A stretch of DNA of 64,000 nt. It comes from a virus (Duplodnaviria; Caudoviricetes). The position numbers were made by a program, and so were the translations under genes. This document shows, piece after piece, positions 9,223 to 18,177 of this stretch. The stretch covers positions 64,001 through 128,000 of IMG/VR virus record IMGVR_UViG_3300011678_000001, one strand, 5' to 3'. The notes beneath the pieces are model-generated. The model did not search any database, had not been told where the DNA came from, and saw nothing but the letters and a program-made list of their open reading frames with translations. Each line of letters starts with the position of its first letter. Within the stretch, counting starts at the first letter, position 1.

Positions 9223-9447
9223 CTAGCGATAGTGAAATTGATACGCGACCAACAAGACGCACGATAAGAACGACCCGACGATAAAGACATCCGTCGAGAA
9301 CACGATGAACCGACGAGGGATGTACCAGACCTGTCGTGTCCCTGGAACGATACTGCTGGTTTGGATATAACCCATCACTCGCATCAGCAACACCACCGCC
9401 ACCGCGATGCTGTAGCTGAACAGTGCGATAAACTCCTTATCGTTCAT
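9223..9447 (-). CDS. Small membrane protein
   Basis: AAGGAG RBS; two hydrophobic segments. Confidence 0.6.
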   Translation of the reverse strand: MNDKEFIALFSYSIAVAVVLLMRVMGYIQTSSIVPGTRQVWYIPRRFIVFSTDVFIVGSFLSCVLLVAYQFHYR

Positions 9448-9469
9448 TGTTGCTCCTTACAGTAGACTG

Positions 9470-9838
9470 TCAGTGAAGGACCTTGTCGTTGGCGATGTTA
9501 GCTGAGGCATCGAAGACCGACCCTTGCACAAAGTCGATCTCCAGCACGCCACGGATCTTACCAAGTGTCGCCATGTCTTCATTTACCTCGATCAGGTAAT
9601 AGACCCCGACATCGTACGGTCCCTTGCCAGGCTCGGGCGCCAGCCCCATCTTGGAAAGATCGGTGCCGAATATGGTCACCACACGCTCATGGCCGAGTTC
9701 CTCGAACAATTTAGGAATCATGTTCGTCAAGGCCACCGCTACTGCAACTTCTAGGTCAGGGTCACGGGCGCGTATGTAGTCCATGGTGGCTGTGGGATCT
9801 TGATTAATGAATACCGCCAGTTCAAGTTGCTTTTTCAT
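9470..9838 (-). CDS. Hypothetical protein
   Basis: ORF directly downstream of dcd. Confidence 0.6.
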   Translation of the reverse strand: MKKQLELAVFINQDPTATMDYIRARDPDLEVAVAVALTNMIPKLFEELGHERVVTIFGTDLSKMGLAPEPGKGPYDVGVYYLIEVNEDMATLGKIRGVLEIDFVQGSVFDASANIANDKVLH

Positions 9839-9850
9839 ATCGATTCCCTG

Positions 9851-10675
9851 TTAGACTTTAGCGAGGGTGAGGCCGCGTTGGCCCATGTACTTGCCCATCT
9901 TGTCCTTGTACGACCGCAGACATTCGTCATCGCCTTGGAAGAAGACAAATTGTGCAATGCCTTCTTCGAGGTAGCAGCGTACTGGGCTGTTCGTGACGTT
10001 GGCCACTTCGATGACTACTTCGCCTTCGAACTCAGGCTCGATGGGGGTGACGTTACAGATCAGCGCCGAGCGTGCATAGGTCGACTTGCCCAGCACAATC
10101 ACCAGCACGTCACGGGGAATGCGGAAGAACTCCATCGTCGGGGCTTGGATGTAGCTGTGAGCAGGAATCAGGACATAGCGCGCACCGTCACTATCCACGC
10201 GGATCTGCGGGGCTGCAAAGTTCTCAGCCAGCATGCGCTTCGGATCGATCTCCGGCACGAACACGTTGGTGAAGACCTTGATCTGCTCTGGGTCGCCTTT
10301 AAGGCGTACGTCGTAGCCATAGGACGACGTTCCGTACGAGATCACCTTACGGGCAGTCTCAGGCGGTTCCTCGCCGTACGCGACGTCTACGGGCGCTCCA
10401 GAGACACGGTCGACATAACGCACAGGGCGATCGACAGCCCCTTCGATCATGGGTGTCCAGGTGGCCAGTTCTTCAGGAGAGATTGGTCGGCAGTACTCTT
10501 TGCGCATGAGCTTCTCACGACCGTTCTCCAAGCACCAGTTGTTGATCACCTGTTGCTGGTACGGCGTGTACGGCGGGCCAATCAGACGCACGTGGTCCGG
10601 GTTGGCATGTTCGATAAAGCGGTGCGTTGGTTGGGTGCACTGCTCGATGATCCACTTGTCACTTTTCAAACCCAT
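9851..10675 (-). CDS. dcd: dCTP deaminase with N-terminal insertions
   Basis: ISYGTSSYGYDVRL, LGKSTYAR, NVTPIEPEFEG, EGIAQFVFF, SYKDKMGKYMGQRGLTL. Confidence 0.93.
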   Translation of the reverse strand: MGLKSDKWIIEQCTQPTHRFIEHANPDHVRLIGPPYTPYQQQVINNWCLENGREKLMRKEYCRPISPEELATWTPMIEGAVDRPVRYVDRVSGAPVDVAYGEEPPETARKVISYGTSSYGYDVRLKGDPEQIKVFTNVFVPEIDPKRMLAENFAAPQIRVDSDGARYVLIPAHSYIQAPTMEFFRIPRDVLVIVLGKSTYARSALICNVTPIEPEFEGEVVIEVANVTNSPVRCYLEEGIAQFVFFQGDDECLRSYKDKMGKYMGQRGLTLAKV

Positions 10676-10685
10676 GTCAGTTTAC

Positions 10686-10985
10686 TCACTTGGAGGTTAT
10701 GATGTAGTTGCGAACTTCGGTACTTCGACCCATTAACACCTTGGCTTGCTTACGCACGACATCGCCGTACCAGATCCATTCGAACCAGTTCATCCTGTCG
10801 ACATGATCACGGTAATATTCGCCTTCAGTCAGGAAGTCCCGATAATAGCGCAGGGTCGTGTCGGAATCGAACAGCACCATGCCTGTCCGCTTAGCGTGCA
10901 AGACTTCATCCGAAGCCTTAAGGCACTTCTGGTACAGTTCGTTGCGCTGCTTGTGACGCTCTTTCACGTAGGCGAAGTAACTCAT
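10686..10985 (-). CDS. Hypothetical protein
   Basis: RBS; operon context. Confidence 0.6.
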   Translation of the reverse strand: MSYFAYVKERHKQRNELYQKCLKASDEVLHAKRTGMVLFDSDTTLRYYRDFLTEGEYYRDHVDRMNWFEWIWYGDVVRKQAKVLMGRSTEVRNYIITSK

Positions 10986-10997
10986 GGGTAGTCCCTT

Positions 10998-11345
10998 TTA
11001 GTGTACGATGGTGCGTACGGTCGGCTCAGGGCGCTCACACGGCTTAAAGCGTGCTGCTTTCTCTCGGAGGGCGACTGTAAGGTTAAAGCGGGTCGTAGCC
11101 ACGCCTAGTTTGTGTTTGACGGCATAATTCAGTGCCAGCTTCAAGACCGCCTTGCGGATCGGCTCGAAGTTCTGAGTGTCCTCAGGTTCACGGAACAACT
11201 CCCCTACGTAGTAGATGTCGACCATGCCTGACTTGTTGCCTTTCTCGTCTCTGACGACACAGGTACCCATCTTACGGAACCCCGGTAGGGCTGTAAGACT
11301 GACGGTTACCTTATCGTTCAGGTTATGTACTGAAACTGAACTCAT
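10998..11345 (-). CDS. Hypothetical basic protein, first gene of early operon
   Basis: Likely start MSSVSVH at 11345, downstream of the TACAT motif at 11419-11459. Confidence 0.55.
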   Translation of the reverse strand: MSSVSVHNLNDKVTVSLTALPGFRKMGTCVVRDEKGNKSGMVDIYYVGELFREPEDTQNFEPIRKAVLKLALNYAVKHKLGVATTRFNLTVALREKAARFKPCERPEPTVRTIVH

Positions 11346-11418
11346 TGCCCCTACCCCATGTTGACAGCATAGAAAAGTGCGACAGTTTTTTATTTTACCC
11401 CTGTTATTGATCAGGGTA

Positions 11419-11459
11419 TCACGTGGATAATGTATCGCTATATAACCGTTCATTTTACA
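11419..11459 (-). promoter_or_regulatory. Putative phage early promoter
   Basis: Minus strand ggttatatagcgaTACATTATccacGTGA. Confidence 0.55.
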
Positions 11460-11545
11460 AAAAACTTCTCCCCCGGTACATTATGCAGAGAGGACCAACC
11501 CATCATCATTTGGTCTCAGAAATCATTAGCTAGGGCTATTACCCC

Positions 11546-14023
11546 ATGATCAAAGAATTCATCAAACGTGACGGACACATCGAACCCTTCAAAGCCGACA
11601 AGGCCCTGGGTTGGGCGAAATGGAGTGCGCGTGGGTTCTCGAAATACATCGATTGGAACAAGATCGTTGTTCAGACCGTCTCGCAAATGCCCGAGCGTTG
11701 CACCGCCCAACAGTTCAACGACGGCTTGATCCGTAATGCGTTGAATGAAGACACCTGGGCAGGCCAGCTAATGGCCGGTCGTATCTACGCCGCGGACATC
11801 CACAAGGAAGTCTTCGGTGGTAAGAAGAAGATGACCATCCGTGAAGTTCACACCGTCATGCAAGCCGCTGGCGTCATGGTCACGCTGAACTACTCCAATG
11901 AGGAATACGCCCAGATCGAGTCGATGATCGACCATGAGCGTGACTTCCATTGCGCGCACTACCAGCTCAAGCAAGGTCGTGACAAGTACTCGCTGCGCAA
12001 CCGCATCACCGGGCGTATCTACGAGTCCCGTCAGCATGCCTTGATGCGTGTGGCAATGGCCATCTGTGAGCCAGAAGACCCGATCCTGCGGATGGCCCGT
12101 CTGGAATCGCTCTTCTCGGACCTGTCCTTCGAGCGCCTGTCGGCTCCGACCCCGAACCACAACAACATGGCCACCGGTCACAACGGCTTCTTCAGTTGCT
12201 GCCTGTTCACCTGTGACGACTCCAAAGAGTCCATCGCAGCGTCCAGTCACATTGCAGAAGTGATGACCTACATGTCCGCCGGTCTCGGCGAGAACATGCA
12301 AGTGCGTTCCTTGGGCGATGGTATCCGTAACGGCTCGATTGTCCACAGTGGCAAGATCCCGTACTACGGCAAGCAGACGGGCATCGTCAAGTCCAACAAG
12401 CAAGGCTCGCGTGGCGGTAGCCTGAACGAGTACTTCAGTGCTTTTGATCCTGAAGTCAAAGAACTGATGGTGCTGAAGAACCCACGCACACCAATCAACA
12501 AGCGTAACCGCAGCATCGACTACACGATGATGCTCAACCGCTTCTTGCTGCACAAGTCGTCGATCGAAGAGAACGTCTTCCTGTTTAACTGCTACAACGC
12601 CCCGGATCTGTACGCGGCGATGTATGGCAAGGACCAGGACCTGTTCTTCTCGCTGTACGAGAAGTACGAGAAAGACCCGACGTTCAAGAAGACCTACGTC
12701 TCGGCGCGTGAGCTGGTGGTCAACGCCCGTTCCGAAGGCTTTGAGACCGGACGCTTCTACCTGGCACTGATCGATGAGATCAACTACCACACCCCGCACC
12801 GCGATCCGATCTACTCGTCCAACTTGTGCGTGGAAATCACGCAACCGACCTACTGGTACAAGCACCTGACCGAGTTGTACTCGACCAAGTTCTTGGGCTT
12901 CATTCGGTTTGAGACCACCAAAGGCCAGGACAAGCTGCTTGACAGCAACATCCCGGTCGAGATCAAAGGCTATCCGGGCAAGGTCGCGGCACTGGAACTC
13001 AAACCCGGTGTCCTGTACCGTAAAGCCGGTGATCCGGAATGGACCACGGTCAGCAAGGTGATTGAGAAGCGTCAAGAGCCTGAGGTTTCCCTCTGTGCCC
13101 TGGCTGCCATCATCATCAGCAACATCCACAGTGAAGAGCAGTACGCGGAAACCGCGTACAACGCGCTGTACATGATCGACTACTGCATCGACTATAACGA
13201 CTACGCCCTGCCGCACATGAAGCTCACCGCTCAGGCTCGTCGTAACGCCGGTGTCGGGATCATGGACCTGGCCCATTACATGGCCCGCAAGAAGCTGCCG
13301 TACCACACCGAGGAAGGGTACAAGGAATTGCACCGTGTGGCTGAGCGTCATGCTTACCACCTGATCAATGCCTCCATCCGCCTGGGTCAAGAACGCGGTA
13401 ACGCTGAGTGGATTCACAAGACCGATTGGCCGCGTGGTTGGACGCCGATGGCGACCTACAACCGCAACGTCGACAAGCTGGCTGACTTCGAATACCAGTA
13501 CAACTGGGATGCGGTGTCGCTGAACCTCATCGCCTCTGGCGGTGGTCGCTTCAGCTCCCTGATTGCGCACATGCCGGGCGAGTCGTCGTCTAAGTACAGT
13601 GCGGCAACCAACAGCCTGATGGAACTGCGTGAACTGTCGATCATCAAGACCGACGGCGACAACAGCATGTACTGGGTAGCCCCTGAAGCGGATACGCTCA
13701 AGGAGTACTACGGCATTGTCTGGAACTCGACACGCTACCAGCAGACCAACCTGTACGCCATCTTCCAGAAGTGGGCCGACCAGTCAATCAGTGCTGACCT
13801 TTACGCCACCTTCAAAGGTGACGAGAAGATCAACAGCTCGGATCTGATCAAGGAAACCAACTACATCGCTGAGATGGGTCAAAAGACCGTGTACTACACC
13901 AACTCTGACACCTCGGACAAGGAGGCGCTCAAGTCGGTATTCGAACGCGTCCGTCGCGAAGTGCTAGATGATGGTCTGGACATGTCTGGACCTGTGTGCA
14001 CCAGCGGTGGTTGCTCGGTATAA
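11546..14023 (+). CDS. nrdA: Ribonucleotide reductase class Ia alpha subunit
   Basis: N-terminal ATP-cone-like KRDG, SAPTP, FFSCC, SSNLCVEI, HMPGESSS, KTVYY, C-terminal CTSGGC. Confidence 0.95.
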   Translation: MIKEFIKRDGHIEPFKADKALGWAKWSARGFSKYIDWNKIVVQTVSQMPERCTAQQFNDGLIRNALNEDTWAGQLMAGRIYAADIHKEVFGGKKKMTIREVHTVMQAAGVMVTLNYSNEEYAQIESMIDHERDFHCAHYQLKQGRDKYSLRNRITGRIYESRQHALMRVAMAICEPEDPILRMARLESLFSDLSFERLSAPTPNHNNMATGHNGFFSCCLFTCDDSKESIAASSHIAEVMTYMSAGLGENMQVRSLGDGIRNGSIVHSGKIPYYGKQTGIVKSNKQGSRGGSLNEYFSAFDPEVKELMVLKNPRTPINKRNRSIDYTMMLNRFLLHKSSIEENVFLFNCYNAPDLYAAMYGKDQDLFFSLYEKYEKDPTFKKTYVSARELVVNARSEGFETGRFYLALIDEINYHTPHRDPIYSSNLCVEITQPTYWYKHLTELYSTKFLGFIRFETTKGQDKLLDSNIPVEIKGYPGKVAALELKPGVLYRKAGDPEWTTVSKVIEKRQEPEVSLCALAAIIISNIHSEEQYAETAYNALYMIDYCIDYNDYALPHMKLTAQARRNAGVGIMDLAHYMARKKLPYHTEEGYKELHRVAERHAYHLINASIRLGQERGNAEWIHKTDWPRGWTPMATYNRNVDKLADFEYQYNWDAVSLNLIASGGGRFSSLIAHMPGESSSKYSAATNSLMELRELSIIKTDGDNSMYWVAPEADTLKEYYGIVWNSTRYQQTNLYAIFQKWADQSISADLYATFKGDEKINSSDLIKETNYIAEMGQKTVYYTNSDTSDKEALKSVFERVRREVLDDGLDMSGPVCTSGGCSV

Positions 14024-14087
14024 CAGATCGTGAACGGCCGGGGTCACAACCGGCCTTCCCCTCTCCCTTCTTTCGGACAGACTCTTC

Positions 14088-15239
14088 ATGTTTGACAACA
14101 AAATCTTCAACGCTGACAAGAGCGATTATCACAGTTCTTCATTGTTCCTGGGGGAACCAAATGGACTTATCGACACGGTTAACAGCCATCATACTCGCCT
14201 GTGGGATCTTTACCGCTCCTTGCGCGGCCTGGACTGGGACACTCACGAGTTCGACTTCACTCCCTGCTTACTTGAGTTCAAGACTAAGCCCAAGGGAATA
14301 TCCCAAGCCATGATCCAGAACCTGGGTTGGCAGTGGGAAGCCGACTCAGTAGCCGCCAACTCCATCATGGCGGTGATGAACCACTTCGTGACCGACTCCG
14401 GTCTTAAGACGGTGTGGGATCAGATCGTGGCGAACGAGAACCTGCATGGTACGACCTACTCGGAAATCGTGCGTTACAGCTTCGATGCGCCGAACAAGGT
14501 ACTCGAAGAAGTACTGGGCGTCAAAGATGCCCTGCAGCGGCTGGCGATCGTGGGCAAGGTCATGGGTAACGCGTTCCGCGTCGGCCTGGATGTGTCCCGT
14601 GGGGTGATCAACCGTAACAGCGACGAAGCCTACAGTGCAGCGTTCCTGTTCACTTGCGCCCTGTTTGGCCTGGAACGTGTGAACTTCATGGGCTCTTTCG
14701 CCGTGACCGGTGCTATTGCTCAGACGGGCGACTTCATGCCGATCTGTAAGGCCGTTCAGCGTATCGCACAGGACGAAGCGGAGATTCACGTCAACGTCGG
14801 TAAGTACGTCCTGCAGACTGAACTGGCTACCGCTCGTGGCCGTGCATGCTGGAAAGCCAACCGCGACCTGATCAATGACATGTTCATGGAGATCATGGCC
14901 AGTGAGATGCGCTGGATCAACTTCCAGGTACAATCTGGTTCTGAACTGCCGCAGGACATCACCAGCTGGGATCAGGTTAAGCAGTACGTCCGCTTCAACG
15001 TAGCAGACGCGCTCGATACCCTGGAACTGCCGGTGGACTTCAAAGCCCCGCTCGAGATTCCGCTGCCTTACATGGTCAAGTGGCTCGATGTGGCTGCTAC
15101 TCAAGCCTCTCCGCAAGAGCAGGACAATGGTCAGTATCGTGTTAACGTCGTTCGTCATGACGACCACGGTATCGTCTTCCCGTTCGAACTCAAGCGCGAG
15201 CGCAAACTCTGGCTGCCGAGTGCCGCTGTAGCTGCGTAA
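14088..15239 (+). CDS. nrdB: Ribonucleotide reductase class Ia beta subunit
   Basis: WEADS, ENLHGTTYSEI, LERVNFMGSF, QDEAEIH, SPQEQDNGQY. Confidence 0.95.
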   Translation: MFDNKIFNADKSDYHSSSLFLGEPNGLIDTVNSHHTRLWDLYRSLRGLDWDTHEFDFTPCLLEFKTKPKGISQAMIQNLGWQWEADSVAANSIMAVMNHFVTDSGLKTVWDQIVANENLHGTTYSEIVRYSFDAPNKVLEEVLGVKDALQRLAIVGKVMGNAFRVGLDVSRGVINRNSDEAYSAAFLFTCALFGLERVNFMGSFAVTGAIAQTGDFMPICKAVQRIAQDEAEIHVNVGKYVLQTELATARGRACWKANRDLINDMFMEIMASEMRWINFQVQSGSELPQDITSWDQVKQYVRFNVADALDTLELPVDFKAPLEIPLPYMVKWLDVAATQASPQEQDNGQYRVNVVRHDDHGIVFPFELKRERKLWLPSAAVAA

Positions 15240-15346
15240 ATGACATGGCCCCACGGTGCTACGGTGCCGTGGGGCTTATGCCGGCTCATCCTATGTACAG
15301 GTGTTCTTTTAAACTGTACTTCCATCGTTTAACTGAGGGAAACCGC

Positions 15347-15874
15347 ATGAATAGCAACAAATCAGGCCAGGCCCTGCTGCTTGCCGCACTCAACCGTGCT
15401 GCTGCTCCACAAGGCTACAGCTTCAGCGCATCGGACCTGACTTTCAGTGCCGTTGCTGCTTCTGAAAACCCCAACCGCGAAGTGCAGGTGTCGTGCACCG
15501 CTGTTGCAGAAAGCCAGTTCGAAGGCAGCAAGGTTGTCTTCTTCAACCGCATCGACCTTGGCCCGCTGTTCTCTGCAGCTGGTTACGAAGCGATCGAGAT
15601 GATCAAAGGCGCCACCACTGTTGGTGAAGTCGTTGATGCCATCAACAGCCGTTTCGACATGGGCTTCACTGCCGAAGACTTCGACCTGTCCATCGCTGTT
15701 AGCTCCGAAGACGACACCGTTGTCCTCGAGGCTCTGCCGGGTTCTTACGCATTCAAAGGCCAGCTGTTGATCAGCATGGTCGTTGAAAAGACCCAGATGG
15801 ATGACGCCGTTGTGAACCCGGAACTGGCCGGCATGGAATCTGACGCCCAGCCGCAAGAAGTAGCGCCTGAGTAA
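15347..15874 (+). CDS. Putative virion structural protein
   Basis: GAGG RBS before MNSNKSG; GSKVVFFNRIDL...SYAFKG motif shared with 23804..24364; TATG at 15292. Confidence 0.65.
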   Translation: MNSNKSGQALLLAALNRAAAPQGYSFSASDLTFSAVAASENPNREVQVSCTAVAESQFEGSKVVFFNRIDLGPLFSAAGYEAIEMIKGATTVGEVVDAINSRFDMGFTAEDFDLSIAVSSEDDTVVLEALPGSYAFKGQLLISMVVEKTQMDDAVVNPELAGMESDAQPQEVAPE

Positions 15875-15904
15875 TTGGGTAAACGGATAGAGTGAGGATA
15901 CCCC

Positions 15905-16384
15905 ATGGGTGATCAAAGCTTAACCGTCTCGATTGCCCAGCTTCCTCCACTTGAACCGCAGCTGCTCTCGGGAGAGGACAGCGTTGAGATCACCATCAGC
16001 ACTCGTGTTGATGGTGGTCACGGCTTTGCCAAGAAGACCTACCGGACTTCCCTCAACGCCATCCTGAAAATGTACGCCGGAAGGCGCGACAACCCCAACC
16101 AGGTGACTGCCGAACAAGTTGGCGCCTACACGGTCGATCAAGTCCGTGCGCTGCTTGCGGAGAAGCTTGGCGTTAATGATGTAGCCGTTAACGCTCTGAA
16201 GCTGGACGGTAAGACTCGGCAAGAGATTGTCGAAGAAGCGCGCGCAGGAACTGTAAATGACGCGCTCAACCTAGGAGGTCGTCCCGCTGAGGACTATCTG
16301 CTGGTTGACAGTTTCCAATCGGTCATGACCAATGTGACCCAAAGCATCGATGAGCTCGCTGACTCTCTCAGCAATACCAACTGA
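15905..16384 (+). CDS. Fibre-family virion protein (paralog 1)
   Basis: RRDNPNQVTAEQVG and ALKLDGKT motifs. Confidence 0.7.
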   Translation: MGDQSLTVSIAQLPPLEPQLLSGEDSVEITISTRVDGGHGFAKKTYRTSLNAILKMYAGRRDNPNQVTAEQVGAYTVDQVRALLAEKLGVNDVAVNALKLDGKTRQEIVEEARAGTVNDALNLGGRPAEDYLLVDSFQSVMTNVTQSIDELADSLSNTN

Positions 16385-16396
16385 AGGTGAATATTC

Positions 16397-17362
16397 ATGT
16401 CCCTTGATGTACAGAAGTTGACGGCCCTGCTGACTTCGATCAGCCAGTTCAACGTCACCCTGCGTAACCGTCTGGAAACCAAACTCGACGCGAACGGCAC
16501 TGCTGCTGATGCAGCCAAGTTGGGCGGTCAGACCCTCGATCAGATCCTTGCTGATCTGGATGCGGCTAGCCAAACTCAACTGCAAGCCCTGAGCGACGAA
16601 CTGACTGCCTTTATGGCCCGTCAGGACAACCCGCACAACGTTACCCAAGCCCAAGTTGGCCTGAGTGATGTACCGAACTTCGGTGCAGCCTCTGACGCTG
16701 AAGCGGTTGCGGGGGCTGTTGCCAACAAGCTCTTGACTCCGGCTAACCTTGCTGCCTTCTGGGCAGACAAAGTGGGTTCGGCTCCTGAGACCATGGACAC
16801 CATCGCGGAACTGTCTGCTGCCCTGCAGAACAACCCCGATGCCATCAGCGCGCTCCAGTCGCTGGTTCAGGAAAACGCTGACGACCTGGCTGCCATGCAG
16901 CTGCTGGTTGATAGCAAACTCGGCCTCACTGGTCTGGACCTCGTTACCGAAGGCGCTGACAAGACCCGTTTCGTAGTCGGTACTCCGGCCGCTATCGGCA
17001 ATGTCACCCTGATCACCGGTGTGGCTGCTGCTGCCGACCTCGGTATCGTCGAAGCTGGTTTCGAAGCCGCTGTAGGCGTTCTGACCATCACTTCCGGCGT
17101 TGTTGCTGGTGTGACCACTGTTAGCCGTAAGTTCGTTGCCACTGTTGGCGGTGCTTCGGTTTCCTTCGACCAGGTGGGTAACTCCACTGACGGTTGGGCA
17201 TCCTGGTCGCGCGTCATGCGCACCACTGATCAGTCCAGCGACGCTGCTACCCTCGGTGGCCACAGCGCTGAGTACTTCGCCTCCCTGACCCAACTGGAAG
17301 CCGTGTACACGGATCTCTCGGCGGCGATTCAGGAAGTTGCTGATCAGCACGCTGCTCAGTAA
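16397..17362 (+). CDS. Fibre-family virion protein (paralog 2)
   Basis: RQDNPHNVTQAQVGL and APETMDTIAELSAALQNNPD motifs. Confidence 0.75.
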   Translation: MSLDVQKLTALLTSISQFNVTLRNRLETKLDANGTAADAAKLGGQTLDQILADLDAASQTQLQALSDELTAFMARQDNPHNVTQAQVGLSDVPNFGAASDAEAVAGAVANKLLTPANLAAFWADKVGSAPETMDTIAELSAALQNNPDAISALQSLVQENADDLAAMQLLVDSKLGLTGLDLVTEGADKTRFVVGTPAAIGNVTLITGVAAAADLGIVEAGFEAAVGVLTITSGVVAGVTTVSRKFVATVGGASVSFDQVGNSTDGWASWSRVMRTTDQSSDAATLGGHSAEYFASLTQLEAVYTDLSAAIQEVADQHAAQ

Positions 17363-17392
17363 TCCTGACTAACGTCTTCCTAGGAGATCCTC

Positions 17393-18109
17393 ATGGACCA
17401 CGCAGTATTGGTACAGAACCTTAAGGGTTCATTGCAGAACCTGGCCACTAACCTGGCCAACAAAGACGCCCTCAACTCCCTGAAGTTGGAAGGCAAAACG
17501 CTGGCGGAAGTCACCGCGCTGATCCTTCAAGGTACCGCGGCGAACGCTTCGAAACTTGAAGGTAAGACGTACCAGGAAATCGTCGACGCCCTGACCGGCG
17601 AAGGCTCCCTGGTTTCCGACGTACAGGCTCAGCTCGATGCGTTCATCGCCCGTCGCGATAACCCGCATGCCGTCACCAAGGACCAGGTTGGTCTGGGTGA
17701 CGTTCAGAACTTTGCCGTGGCAACGTCTGAAGAAGCCGCTGCTGGTGCCGTCGACAAGTACGTGACACCTGCCCTGGCCAAGGAATTGGTTCAGGCTGGT
17801 ATTGATGCACTGGTCGGTGCTGCCCCCGATGCCCTGAATACCCTTCAGGAACTCGCTGCCGCGCTGAACAATGACCCCGACATCATCAACAGCCTGCAGA
17901 CACAGATCGACGGTAAGGAAACGCCAGCAGGCGCACAGGCCAAGGCCGATGCAGCCCTGACGTCCGCCAACACCTACACCGACACCAAGGCAACCGATAC
18001 ACTGGCTGCTGCAGAAGCCTACAACGATGACGCCATCCAGGCCATCATCGATGAGTGCAATCTGCTGTCGGCTGATATCGAAGCCCTGTCGGCTCCGACT
18101 GGCGTTTAA
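17393..18109 (+). CDS. Fibre-family virion protein (paralog 3)
   Basis: LKLEGKT, RRDNPHAVTKDQVGL, APDALNTLQELAAALNNDPD. Confidence 0.75.
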   Translation: MDHAVLVQNLKGSLQNLATNLANKDALNSLKLEGKTLAEVTALILQGTAANASKLEGKTYQEIVDALTGEGSLVSDVQAQLDAFIARRDNPHAVTKDQVGLGDVQNFAVATSEEAAAGAVDKYVTPALAKELVQAGIDALVGAAPDALNTLQELAAALNNDPDIINSLQTQIDGKETPAGAQAKADAALTSANTYTDTKATDTLAAAEAYNDDAIQAIIDECNLLSADIEALSAPTGV

Positions 18110-18177
18110 TCAGCGCCCATTGAGTGCAGGGGTGACCCTGCACTCTTTGTCTGACAGCCTTTATTTTGGAGAACTCC

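Noticed and set aside
12850-13085. Active intein in nrdA
   Set aside because: Too short, and no C/S start or HN-C/S/T end around the insert.
11768-13570. 600-aa minus-strand ORF, and similar long antisense ORFs at 9800, 14346, 16271, 21613, 25398 and 46921
   Set aside because: They mirror well-supported genes, lack recognisable motifs, and are explained by biased codon usage on the coding strand.
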